Of a stretch of DNA of 63,376 nt, positions 28,541-36,712 are shown piece by piece. The position numbers and the translations under genes are program-made. The stretch spans positions 1 to 63,376 of the forward strand of contig JAJZPE010000004.1 in NCBI GenBank assembly GCA_021811325.1, in the 5' to 3' direction. Position 1 is the stretch's first letter. The number at the start of each line of letters is the position of its first letter. The notes beneath the pieces were generated by a model. That model did no database searches. It saw only the letters and a list, made by a program, of their open reading frames with translations, and had not been told where the DNA came from. This DNA is from Bacillota bacterium. Lineage in GTDB: Bacteria; Bacillota; Sulfobacillia; JAJYWN01; JAJZPE01.

Positions 28541-29674
28541 ATGAGCCGGCAACCGGGGACTTATGAACGCTTCATGTTGTGGCTCCGGTGGGGCCTCGTC
28601 GGCGTCGGCGCGGTCGCCCTCGCCTGGGGCGGCCCGGACCCGCTGTCGCTGGCCCTGGTGGCCGGGCTCATCGCCTACACCGGTGTCCTGCACTGGCTCT
28701 ACCGGCGTCCGGCCTATCCGGAGCGGGCGGGGTATTACGTCCTCGGGGCCGACCTGGCCTTCATCAGCGCGTTGGTCTTCTCCGGCGGCGGTGGGCCGAC
28801 CGATCTGTACAACCTGTACTATCTGGCCATCGTCCAGGCGGCCGTCCTCTTCGGCTGGCGCGAGAGCGTCCTCACCAGCGTCACCGCAGCTCTGCTGTAT
28901 GCCTTCGCCGTGGGCCCGGATGGCTCGGCCTGGCTGGCGGTGGGCCTCCGCGGCGCGTTCTTTGTCTTGGTCGGCGCCCTGGCCGGCTATCTCGCCGACG
29001 CCGTCAAGCGCGAGCGGTTGGAGCGCGAGGCCAGCATCGAGTTACTCGAGGAACTGCGGGTGGCCCACGAGAACCTCCGGGCGTACGCCGAGGAGATCGG
29101 CCGGCTGGCGGTCACCGACGGACTGACCAAACTCTACAACCACACCTATTTTCAGCAGCGGCTGGATGAGGAGGTCAAGCGGGCCGAGCGCTACTGCTTC
29201 CCGATGGTCCTCTTGATGATTGACATTGACAACTTCAAGGAATACAACGACACCCACGGCCACATGGCCGGCAACGGACTGCTCAAGGAACTCTCGGCCC
29301 TGCTGAAGGGCTCCGTGCGGGAGGTCGACATCGTCGCCCGTTACGGAGGGGAGGAGTTCACTGTCACCCTCCCGGAGACCGACGGCCCGGCGGGGCTGAT
29401 CGCCGCCGAGCGCATCAGACGGCAGGTCGAAGAGCATCCTTTCGTTGGGGAGGCCCAGCTGAAGTCAGGCCGGGTGACCGTCTCCATTGGGGCGGCCGCC
29501 TACCCCACCGCGGCCGCCGACCGCACCGAACTCATCGAGCGGGCCGACCAGGCTATGTACGCGGCCAAGCGGGACGGCCGGAACCGCGTGGTCCTCTATG
29601 AAGAGCTGACCCTGTCGGCCCAGGAAATACCGGTCGAGGAAGATAGGAAAGACCCGTCCGACAAGAGAAGTTAA
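28541..29674 (+). CDS. Membrane-anchored diguanylate cyclase
   Basis: About 5 TM helices; TDGLT.LYN, DID.FK.YND..GH..G, RYGGEEF with RxxD (REVD) I-site. Confidence 0.9.
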   Translation: MSRQPGTYERFMLWLRWGLVGVGAVALAWGGPDPLSLALVAGLIAYTGVLHWLYRRPAYPERAGYYVLGADLAFISALVFSGGGGPTDLYNLYYLAIVQAAVLFGWRESVLTSVTAALLYAFAVGPDGSAWLAVGLRGAFFVLVGALAGYLADAVKRERLEREASIELLEELRVAHENLRAYAEEIGRLAVTDGLTKLYNHTYFQQRLDEEVKRAERYCFPMVLLMIDIDNFKEYNDTHGHMAGNGLLKELSALLKGSVREVDIVARYGGEEFTVTLPETDGPAGLIAAERIRRQVEEHPFVGEAQLKSGRVTVSIGAAAYPTAAADRTELIERADQAMYAAKRDGRNRVVLYEELTLSAQEIPVEEDRKDPSDKRS

Positions 29675-29765
29675 CCTGACCAGGCCAAGCCCTGGAGGCC
29701 AAGCCAAAGGCGGTGGATGCCATCTGACAGCCAGGCGCGAACGACTGGCCCGCGCGGCCGGAGAC

Positions 29766-30776
29766 TTGACCCGTGAAGCAAGGAGACGCCCGCTCGTCGC
29801 GGCGGGCGTCATCGTCGTCTTGCTGCTCACGTTGACCATTGGTTCGGTGGCCCTGGCCCAGAAGACGGTGCAAGTCTCCGTCGATGGGAAGGCCGTCGTC
29901 GTCCACACCCGGGCCCGCACGGTCGAGGCCGCGTTGAAGGCCGGGGGCATCGCCCTCGGGCCGCATGACCGGGTCGACCCGGACCCGGCCACGAAGCTGC
30001 CACGGCGGGCGACGGTGGCGGTCACGAGAGCCATCCCCTTCACCCTCAAGGCGGATGGGAAGACCGTGCAGGCGTACACGACGCGGACCACCGCCGCCGC
30101 CGCCCTGGCGGAAGCCGGGCTGGCGGTCGGACCGAAGGACCGCGTCGTGGTGACGAAAGACAAGAAGACGGTCAAGGCCGACGCCCTCGTCCCCGGCGTG
30201 ACCGTCGAGGTCGTCCGGCGCGCCGTGAACACGGTCTCTGAGCAGCGGACCCTTCCGGCCCCGGTGGTCTACCGCGACGATGAGAGCCTGCCCCTGGGAA
30301 TCACCCAGGTCGCCCAGGATGGCCGGGACGGCCTGGCCCAGGTGACCCTGGAGGTCGTCGTCGAGAACGGGCGCCGGGTCGCCAGCAAGGAACTCAGCCG
30401 GCAGGTCATCCGCGAGCCCGAGATGAAGGTGGTCCTCAAGGGCACCTCCGGCCGGGTCACCCGTGGCGACCGCGAGATAAGCTTCAAAAAGGCCTTCCAG
30501 ATGGTGGCCACGGCCTACTACCCCGGCCCCGACAGCACCGGGCCCTACGCCAACGGGTACACGTCCATTGGGATGAAGGCGACCTATGGGGTGGTGGCCG
30601 TCGACCCGAAGGTCATCCCGCTACGCTCGCTTCTCTACATCGACGGCTACGGTTACGCCATCGCCGGCGACGTCGGCAGCGCCATCAAGGGGAACAAGAT
30701 CGACCTCTGCTACGACACCAAGCAGGAAGCCCTCGACTGGGGCAAGCGGACGGTCATGGTCTTCCTGATCAAGTGA
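29766..30776 (+). CDS. YabE-like protein (ubiquitin-like/DUF348, G5 and 3D domains)
   Basis: N-terminal TM, G5-like linker, ATAY..VAVDP.VIPL..YG..IAGDVGSAIKGNKIDL. Confidence 0.85.
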   Translation: MTREARRRPLVAAGVIVVLLLTLTIGSVALAQKTVQVSVDGKAVVVHTRARTVEAALKAGGIALGPHDRVDPDPATKLPRRATVAVTRAIPFTLKADGKTVQAYTTRTTAAAALAEAGLAVGPKDRVVVTKDKKTVKADALVPGVTVEVVRRAVNTVSEQRTLPAPVVYRDDESLPLGITQVAQDGRDGLAQVTLEVVVENGRRVASKELSRQVIREPEMKVVLKGTSGRVTRGDREISFKKAFQMVATAYYPGPDSTGPYANGYTSIGMKATYGVVAVDPKVIPLRSLLYIDGYGYAIAGDVGSAIKGNKIDLCYDTKQEALDWGKRTVMVFLIK

Positions 30777-30848
30777 GAGTGACGAGTCTCGGGAACGGGT
30801 CCGCCCGTTCCTTTGTTTTCAGGTCGGGACGACAGGTGGCGATGACCG

Positions 30849-31769
30849 GTGACCGACCCCACGGGCTCGCCGCCCCGGCTGAGCTCACCCAAAGGCATCA
30901 TCGGGCTCCTCGAGCGGCGCGGGTTCTCCTTCAGCCACCGCCTGGGGCAGAACTTCCTCGTCGACCCGAGGGTCCTAGTGGACATCGCCGACGAAACCGG
31001 GGCCGGGCCCGGCGACCACATCCTCGAGATCGGCGCGGGGGCCGGGATCCTCACCGCCGAGCTGGCCCGCCGCGCGGCCGCGGTGGCCGCGATCGAGCTT
31101 GACCGCCGCCTCCTGGAGGTCTTGGGGGAAGTCCTGGCCGGCCAGACCAACGTGACCGTCATCCACGGCGACATCCTGAAGACCGATACCGACGCTGTCT
31201 TCGCGGCCCTGGAGAAGCAGGCCGGACCGCCGCCCGGGGTCCGGCGGGTGGTCGGCAACCTGCCCTACTACATCACCACCCCGGTGATGATGAAACTCCT
31301 CGAAGAAGCCCCATCGGCCCGCCACCCATGGGCCACCCTGACGGTCACCGTTCAGAAGGAGGTCGCCGACCGGCTCTTGGCCGGCCCCGGCGGCAAGGAC
31401 TATGGAGCCATCACTCTGGCCGTCAATTACTACGCTGAGGCGCGCGGCGGGCCGATCATTCCGCCCGGGGCCTTCCGCCCGGCGCCCAAGGTCTCATCTC
31501 GGGTGATCACCCTCGTCCGGCGAGAGAAGCCTCCCGTCGAAGCCGACCGCGGGCTCCTCTTCAAGCTCACCCGGGCGGGCTTCGGGCAGCGCCGGAAGAC
31601 CCTCGCCAACGCCCTGGCCGCCCTCGGCGCGGATGGCGCCTTTCCCGTGCTGGTCTGGGCGGACGTCCTTCGCGAAGCCGGCATCGACCCGCGCCGCCGG
31701 GCCGAGACCCTGTCCCTGGAAGAGTTTGGGGCCCTGGCGTTGACGGTGGAGCGGCATCTGACTCAATGA
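30849..31769 (+). CDS. rsmA: 16S rRNA dimethyladenosine transferase
   Basis: LGQNFL, LEIGAGAG.LT, GNLPYYITTP, QRRKTL. Confidence 0.95.
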   Translation: MTDPTGSPPRLSSPKGIIGLLERRGFSFSHRLGQNFLVDPRVLVDIADETGAGPGDHILEIGAGAGILTAELARRAAAVAAIELDRRLLEVLGEVLAGQTNVTVIHGDILKTDTDAVFAALEKQAGPPPGVRRVVGNLPYYITTPVMMKLLEEAPSARHPWATLTVTVQKEVADRLLAGPGGKDYGAITLAVNYYAEARGGPIIPPGAFRPAPKVSSRVITLVRREKPPVEADRGLLFKLTRAGFGQRRKTLANALAALGADGAFPVLVWADVLREAGIDPRRRAETLSLEEFGALALTVERHLTQ

Positions 31770-31847
31770 TGTCGACCGGGACCCGCGTCGCGTCCCGGTT
31801 TCTTGCCGCTGGGGCTTGTGTGGTATAATCCATATAAGGTGAGGAAC

Positions 31848-32318
31848 GTGAACTTCATCAGTCCGACCAAGGGCCCCATGTCTTTCGAGGCGATGTTTGA
31901 CGATATCGTCGAGTATGTCGGCCAGGAGCCGCAGGCTCCCCATCGTCTCATCGTCGGGACCGACTCGCAGACTCGTGATGACTTGCTCTTCGTGACCGCC
32001 GTTGTCGTCCACCGCTTGGGCAAGGGGGCGCGCTACTACTATAGCCGTCGCCGGCACAAGCGGATGGCCTCGCTACGCCAGAAGATATACTACGAGACTT
32101 CGCTCAGCCTCGGGCTGGGCAGCCGGATCACCGAGCGCCTGGCCAGGAACGGCTACTCCAAGCTCGACGTGGAGATCCACCTCGACGTCGGGCAGGGCGG
32201 GGAGACGAGAGACCTCATCCGCGAGGTCGTCGGGATGGTCACCGGTAGCGGCTTCGACGCCAAGATCAAACCGAACGCCTACGGGGCCTCAAAAGTGGCC
32301 GACAAACACACCAAATAG
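31848..32318 (+). CDS. RNase H-like YkuK-family (DUF458) protein
   Basis: VGTDSQ, IHLDVG..G.T, KP.AYGASKVAD; preceded by extended -10 TGGTATAAT (31821-31829). Confidence 0.8.
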   Translation: MNFISPTKGPMSFEAMFDDIVEYVGQEPQAPHRLIVGTDSQTRDDLLFVTAVVVHRLGKGARYYYSRRRHKRMASLRQKIYYETSLSLGLGSRITERLARNGYSKLDVEIHLDVGQGGETRDLIREVVGMVTGSGFDAKIKPNAYGASKVADKHTK

Positions 32319-32358
32319 AACAAGGCGTCTCCACTTTTGAGGCGCCGACGAGCCCGAG

Positions 32359-32389
32359 AACGAGCCGACTGACGGTCGGCTCGTTTTTT
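32359..32389 (+). terminator. Rho-independent terminator
   Basis: AACGAGCCGAC-TGACG-GTCGGCTCGTT followed by TTTT. Confidence 0.85.
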
Positions 32390-32442
32390 GCGCCCTGAAA
32401 CGGAAAGACACCCACATCAGACAGAATTTCTGGTCCACCCTC

Positions 32443-32471
32443 TTGCCTAAAATGACAGTATCGCCTATAAT
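32443..32471 (+). promoter_or_regulatory. SigA promoter of the cytochrome operon
   Basis: TTGCCT-17bp-TATAAT followed by an AT-rich imperfect palindrome. Confidence 0.65.
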
Positions 32472-32674
32472 GAAAGTGCAAGTTAAAGCAAATATATACA
32501 TTATAAACTATTAGTTATTATAACTTTCGAAAGGGGCCCCGGGAGACCGGTCAGTCCAGGCCACCTCACTGCATGGGGTCAAGACGGGCGTACAGCCCGT
32601 TCATAAGGGCGGGAATTGTGAAGAATGGTGCAAAGAAAGACCGGCACAATAAACCAAGAGAAGGAGGGGTTAAG

Positions 32675-33427
32675 ATGAAGGATAACGTGGCGGCGGAGCG
32701 CGATGGCCGCAGGCCGCTATACCGGATCGCCGGGTATGCTGCCTTCACGATCGCCCTGAGTACGGCGCTCTGGATTGTCCTGGCCGGGTTGTGCTTCCTG
32801 ACGAGGGTGGGGCAAGACCCCAGCGGACTGGAGAAGGTCTTCCCGTTCATCAACGGATGGGGCCGGTTCAACCTGGTGGGCCTGGTGCTGCTGCAAGTTC
32901 CCGTCGTCATCGCCCTGACGACCATGACCATCGGACGCCAGCGGATGCTGGCCGTCCTGGGGGCTACTTTCGGCGGGCTGTACGTCCTGGCAGGGCTGTT
33001 CGCGGCGCTCCTCAAGACCGTCGTCTTCAGCGACATCGCCGGGCGTTTCCTCACCGTCAGTGGAGCTGAGCAGGCAATCGCCATCCGGAACCTGACCATC
33101 TGGGCCCAGGGACACCCATACGCCGTGACCTACGGTCTCGACGTCCCGGTCAACCTGCTGTTCGCGCTGATGGCCGTGTGCTTCGCCGGCGCCCTGACCA
33201 CGGCGACGGTGGCTGAGTCGGCTGTCAAGTGGCTCCTGGCCGGCGGGGCAGTCATCGGCCTCGTGGTCTCGGCCACGCAACTCGTAGGCTGGTCGGCGCT
33301 GCAGGGCCTGCTCCTGGTCGCCGCGGCCGCCACCATCGGCGCCTACCTGCTGCTCGCGCCGCTCTTCTTGGCCAAGGCCATGGGTCCGTCGGCCGAGGCC
33401 GAAACGGCCGTCCCGGTCCGCAGCTAG
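32675..33427 (+). CDS. Hypothetical integral membrane protein (about 7 TM, loosely DUF4386-like)
   Basis: AAGGAGGG RBS; 250 aa, highly hydrophobic; family call is tentative. Confidence 0.65.
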   Translation: MKDNVAAERDGRRPLYRIAGYAAFTIALSTALWIVLAGLCFLTRVGQDPSGLEKVFPFINGWGRFNLVGLVLLQVPVVIALTTMTIGRQRMLAVLGATFGGLYVLAGLFAALLKTVVFSDIAGRFLTVSGAEQAIAIRNLTIWAQGHPYAVTYGLDVPVNLLFALMAVCFAGALTTATVAESAVKWLLAGGAVIGLVVSATQLVGWSALQGLLLVAAAATIGAYLLLAPLFLAKAMGPSAEAETAVPVRS

Positions 33428-33519
33428 CCGTAGACCGCAATCAGCCGCAACCCTTAAACAGACCGAACGGACGCTACGGACGCTTGCGTTCGTCGCCAGC
33501 CAGTTGGGGAGGAGACACA

Positions 33520-34203
33520 ATGGAAGAGCGCGTAACCCGTCCGGCCCGGTCACCGCTGCTCCGGGTGGCGGACCGGCTGGATGAGCGGTTCCACGTCCGG
33601 GCCTTGTGGAAGAGCATCGCCGAACACGAGGTTCCGGCGCACGTCAACTGGATGTACTGCCTTGGTGGGATCACCTTCTTCCTCTTTGGCGTGCAGGGCA
33701 TCACCGGGATCATCATGGCGTTCTACTACAAGCCGCAGCCGGAGCTGGCCTACCAGAGCGTGCAGTTGATCGTCTACCAACTGCCGCTCGGCTGGCTCAT
33801 CCGGACCACTCACCGCTGGGCGGCTAACGGCATGGTCCTGATGGTCATCCTGCACATGTTGAGGGTCTTCTTCACCGGGTCGTACAAAAAGCCTCGCCAG
33901 TTCAACTGGGTCGTCGGTGTGTTCCTCTTCGTCATCACCTTCAGCTTCGCCATCACCGGGTTCCTCCTTCCGTGGGACCAGCAAGCCTACTGGGGGACGT
34001 CCGAACTCCTGAAGGTCGTCCAGGGGACCCCGCTCATCGGACCCGCCCTGGCCGGCATCCTTCGAGGCGGCGCGGCGGTGGGAGCGGTCACGTTGCGGCG
34101 GTTCTTCTCCCTGCACGTGCTGGCGCTCCCCGCCGCCATCGTCATCCTCCTGGGCGTCCATTTCGTGGTCGTGCGTCGCCAGGGCATTTCGGGGCCCCTA
34201 TAA
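33520..34203 (+). CDS. qcrB: Cytochrome b6-like (QcrB/PetB) subunit
   Basis: YCLGG (heme ci Cys), HRW.AN, LHM.RVF.TGSY.KPR..NW, TG.LLPWDQ.AYW, RFFSLH..LP..H, GISGPL. Confidence 0.9.
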   Translation: MEERVTRPARSPLLRVADRLDERFHVRALWKSIAEHEVPAHVNWMYCLGGITFFLFGVQGITGIIMAFYYKPQPELAYQSVQLIVYQLPLGWLIRTTHRWAANGMVLMVILHMLRVFFTGSYKKPRQFNWVVGVFLFVITFSFAITGFLLPWDQQAYWGTSELLKVVQGTPLIGPALAGILRGGAAVGAVTLRRFFSLHVLALPAAIVILLGVHFVVVRRQGISGPL

Positions 34204-34263
34204 TCCCTGGGCGCCGAGGACGCCGGCCACGAACCGCCATCCGTACGGAACGAGGTGAAACTC

Positions 34264-35112
34264 ATGGATAACCTGCCACTCGAGAAAGGCGCGCCCGAAA
34301 CGCACAAGAGCGGGCATCCATTCTTCCCCGACCACTTCTTCAAGGAACTCCTGGTGATCGTGATCGCCGCGACGGTCCTCATCGCCATCGCGGCCATCCG
34401 GCCGGCCCCGGGCTTCATCGGCCAGCCGGACCCGAGCGCCGCCGGGCCGCAGGTGAGCTTCCAACCCCAGTGGTACCTGTACTACTTCTACCTGGGGGCC
34501 AAGAAGCTCTCGCCCGGGACGATCACGACCTTGGCCCTCCTCCTCCTGGCCCTGTTCTTCGCGGTGCCCTTCATGGACCGCAACCCGCAGCGCAAACCGA
34601 CCAGGCGGCCGGTGGCCCTTTGTATCAGCGTCATCGCCATCGTCGCGGCCATCTACATGGCCGGCTCGGGGGTCAAGGCGACCCTCGCCGCGGGCAGCGT
34701 CAACGTCGAGGATATGAAGGGCGTGCACTGCTCATCGTGCCACTCCTACCTCAAGGGCATCAAGACCTTCGAGCCGACCCGCGAGGCCTGTCTGAAGTGC
34801 CACGCCGACCAGGACCCGGCCAAGGGGACCTTCTCGGCCAACGCCCCGATGAACTTAACCTGCCAGTCGTGCCACAAGCCGCACATCGGGAAGGACCCGG
34901 TCCCCTGCCTGTCTTGCCACGCCGACCAGACCAAGCAAGGGCTGCATGCCCGGCCGGCCCATCAGACCTGTCAGGTCTGCCACCAGCCGCATTCCTGGAA
35001 GGTCCCGGCCGACGCGGCGGTCAGGAATACCTGCCAGAGCTGCCACGCCGACAAGAAGGACCATATGAGCGGCATCCCCTGCACGACCTGCCACAAGTTC
35101 TCCCCCAAATAG
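34264..35112 (+). CDS. Cytochrome b6 subunit IV-like domain fused to a heptaheme cytochrome c
   Basis: PFFPDH..KE, PQWY, PF.DRNP.R; seven CxxCH motifs: CSSCH, CLKCH, CQSCH, CLSCH, CQVCH, CQSCH, CTTCH. Confidence 0.88.
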   Translation: MDNLPLEKGAPETHKSGHPFFPDHFFKELLVIVIAATVLIAIAAIRPAPGFIGQPDPSAAGPQVSFQPQWYLYYFYLGAKKLSPGTITTLALLLLALFFAVPFMDRNPQRKPTRRPVALCISVIAIVAAIYMAGSGVKATLAAGSVNVEDMKGVHCSSCHSYLKGIKTFEPTREACLKCHADQDPAKGTFSANAPMNLTCQSCHKPHIGKDPVPCLSCHADQTKQGLHARPAHQTCQVCHQPHSWKVPADAAVRNTCQSCHADKKDHMSGIPCTTCHKFSPK

Positions 35113-35163
35113 GGCGACGGCAGGTTCAGAAAACGAACACCAACGCCGGTCTTCCGCCGGGCC

Positions 35164-35190
35164 ACGCCGGCCTGCGAAGGCCGGCGTTTT
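35164..35190 (+). terminator. Rho-independent terminator
   Basis: ACGCCGGCCT-GCGA-AGGCCGGCGT followed by TTT. Confidence 0.75.
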
Positions 35191-35691
35191 CGGTCCGCCT
35201 GGCAGCTAGGCTGTCGCGGTCGAACGGTCAACCGACCTGTTGGGAGATCCCTGGCTGGGGACTGATTGCGAGCCGTTTCTTCTTCGTCCCTGGCCGGTTC
35301 ACGAAGTACGCCGAGATTCAATACGCCTCGCGGGTCGCTGGCCTGACCACCAGCCTCGGCATCTGGTTTCAGGCTCACGTCTGAGCGCCGACCGGTGAGG
35401 CCGTCATGGGCGGCGTTCTTGCTCCTGGAATACGCGGCCGGGAGGCCGTCGGTCCCAAATACGTCCCGCCCGGACATGAGCCGCGGGTCACGGCAAAACC
35501 CGGGCGGGTTCTTATTGCTCTTCTGGACGTTCGGAGGGAAGGGTTCAACTTCCTGGGGTATACGTTCTGGGCAAGACCGAACCACCGGTGGCGTGGAGGG
35601 GCGGACAACCGCCCCTTCTCTGTTTTCGGCCGCGCCCACGGCGCGCTGAGCCGGCCCGTCGGCGCCGGTCCAGCGGCCGTTGAAAGGCCGA

Positions 35692-35720
35692 GCATAAGAC
35701 CAGCGACGGCGGCCAAACTA
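35692..35720 (+). promoter_or_regulatory. SigG/SigF-like promoter upstream of cphB
   Basis: GCATA-17bp-CAAACTA; the -10 also reads GGCCAAACTA (SigF-like). Confidence 0.5.
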
Positions 35721-35740
35721 GGGCGGCAGGGGGCGAATCG

Positions 35741-36616
35741 ATGAGCGACGGTGGGCGTTTGAACGACGGGGTACGCGGCAGCCTGGTGATCATCGGCGGG
35801 GCCGAGGACAAGCAGGGCCGCTGCGTCATCCTGCGCAAGTTCGTCGACCTCGCCGGCGGGGACGAGGCGGTCGTGGCCGTGGTCACCGCGGCCACCGAAG
35901 ACCCGGAGAAGGTCTCTCGGACCTACCGCGAGGTCTTCGCCCGGCTGGAGGTCAGGGAGACCAGTATCGTGCGAGTCGAGCGGCGGGAGGACGCCTTCGA
36001 GCGCGAGCCGCTGGAGCGCATCAAGCGGGCCACCGGCATCTTCTTCACCGGCGGCGACCAACTGCGGATAACCAGCGCGCTGGGCGGCACGCCCCTTTAC
36101 GACGCCCTCTACGACGCCTGTGGACGGGGCGTGGTCATCGCCGGCACGAGCGCCGGCGCCTCGGCCATGAGCGACACGATGATCGTCGGCGGGGAGGACG
36201 ACGGTGCCCCGAAGCGTTGCACGACGGCCATGGCGCCGGGGATGGGACTCCTCCGCCAGATCGTCGTCGACCAGCACTTTGCCCAGCGCGGGCGGATCGG
36301 ACGGTTGCTCTCGGCCCTCGCCCAGAACCCTTTCGTGTTGGGCGTGGGCGTCGACGAGGACACGGCGATCGTCGTCCGCCCCGGAGGCGTCTTTCGGGTC
36401 CTCGGCTCCCAGACGGTGACCGTCCTCGACGGAAAGGGGGTCTCCCACACCAACGCCTCGGAGTCGGTGCCCGACGAACCGCTGGCCCTCTTCGGAGTGA
36501 CCCTGCACATCCTCCCGGCCGGTCACGGCTATGACCTCGAGAGTCGGAAGCCCCTAGGGCCGGAAGCCTTTGAAGGGGAGGGACAGCCTGGAAAACCTGC
36601 ATATGCGGCTTTTTGA
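35741..36616 (+). CDS. cphB: Cyanophycinase
   Basis: IIGGAEDK, FFTGGDQLR, GTSAGA, DQHF.QRGR.GRL, GVDEDT. Confidence 0.93.
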   Translation: MSDGGRLNDGVRGSLVIIGGAEDKQGRCVILRKFVDLAGGDEAVVAVVTAATEDPEKVSRTYREVFARLEVRETSIVRVERREDAFEREPLERIKRATGIFFTGGDQLRITSALGGTPLYDALYDACGRGVVIAGTSAGASAMSDTMIVGGEDDGAPKRCTTAMAPGMGLLRQIVVDQHFAQRGRIGRLLSALAQNPFVLGVGVDEDTAIVVRPGGVFRVLGSQTVTVLDGKGVSHTNASESVPDEPLALFGVTLHILPAGHGYDLESRKPLGPEAFEGEGQPGKPAYAAF

Positions 36617-36712
36617 GCGGGGAAAATAGGCCCACGATGACGACCAGCTGGTCCCACGTCGGGACGATGAGGACCATCCGCACGACGATAAGACCCGTCA
36701 GGAGGGTCTCTG

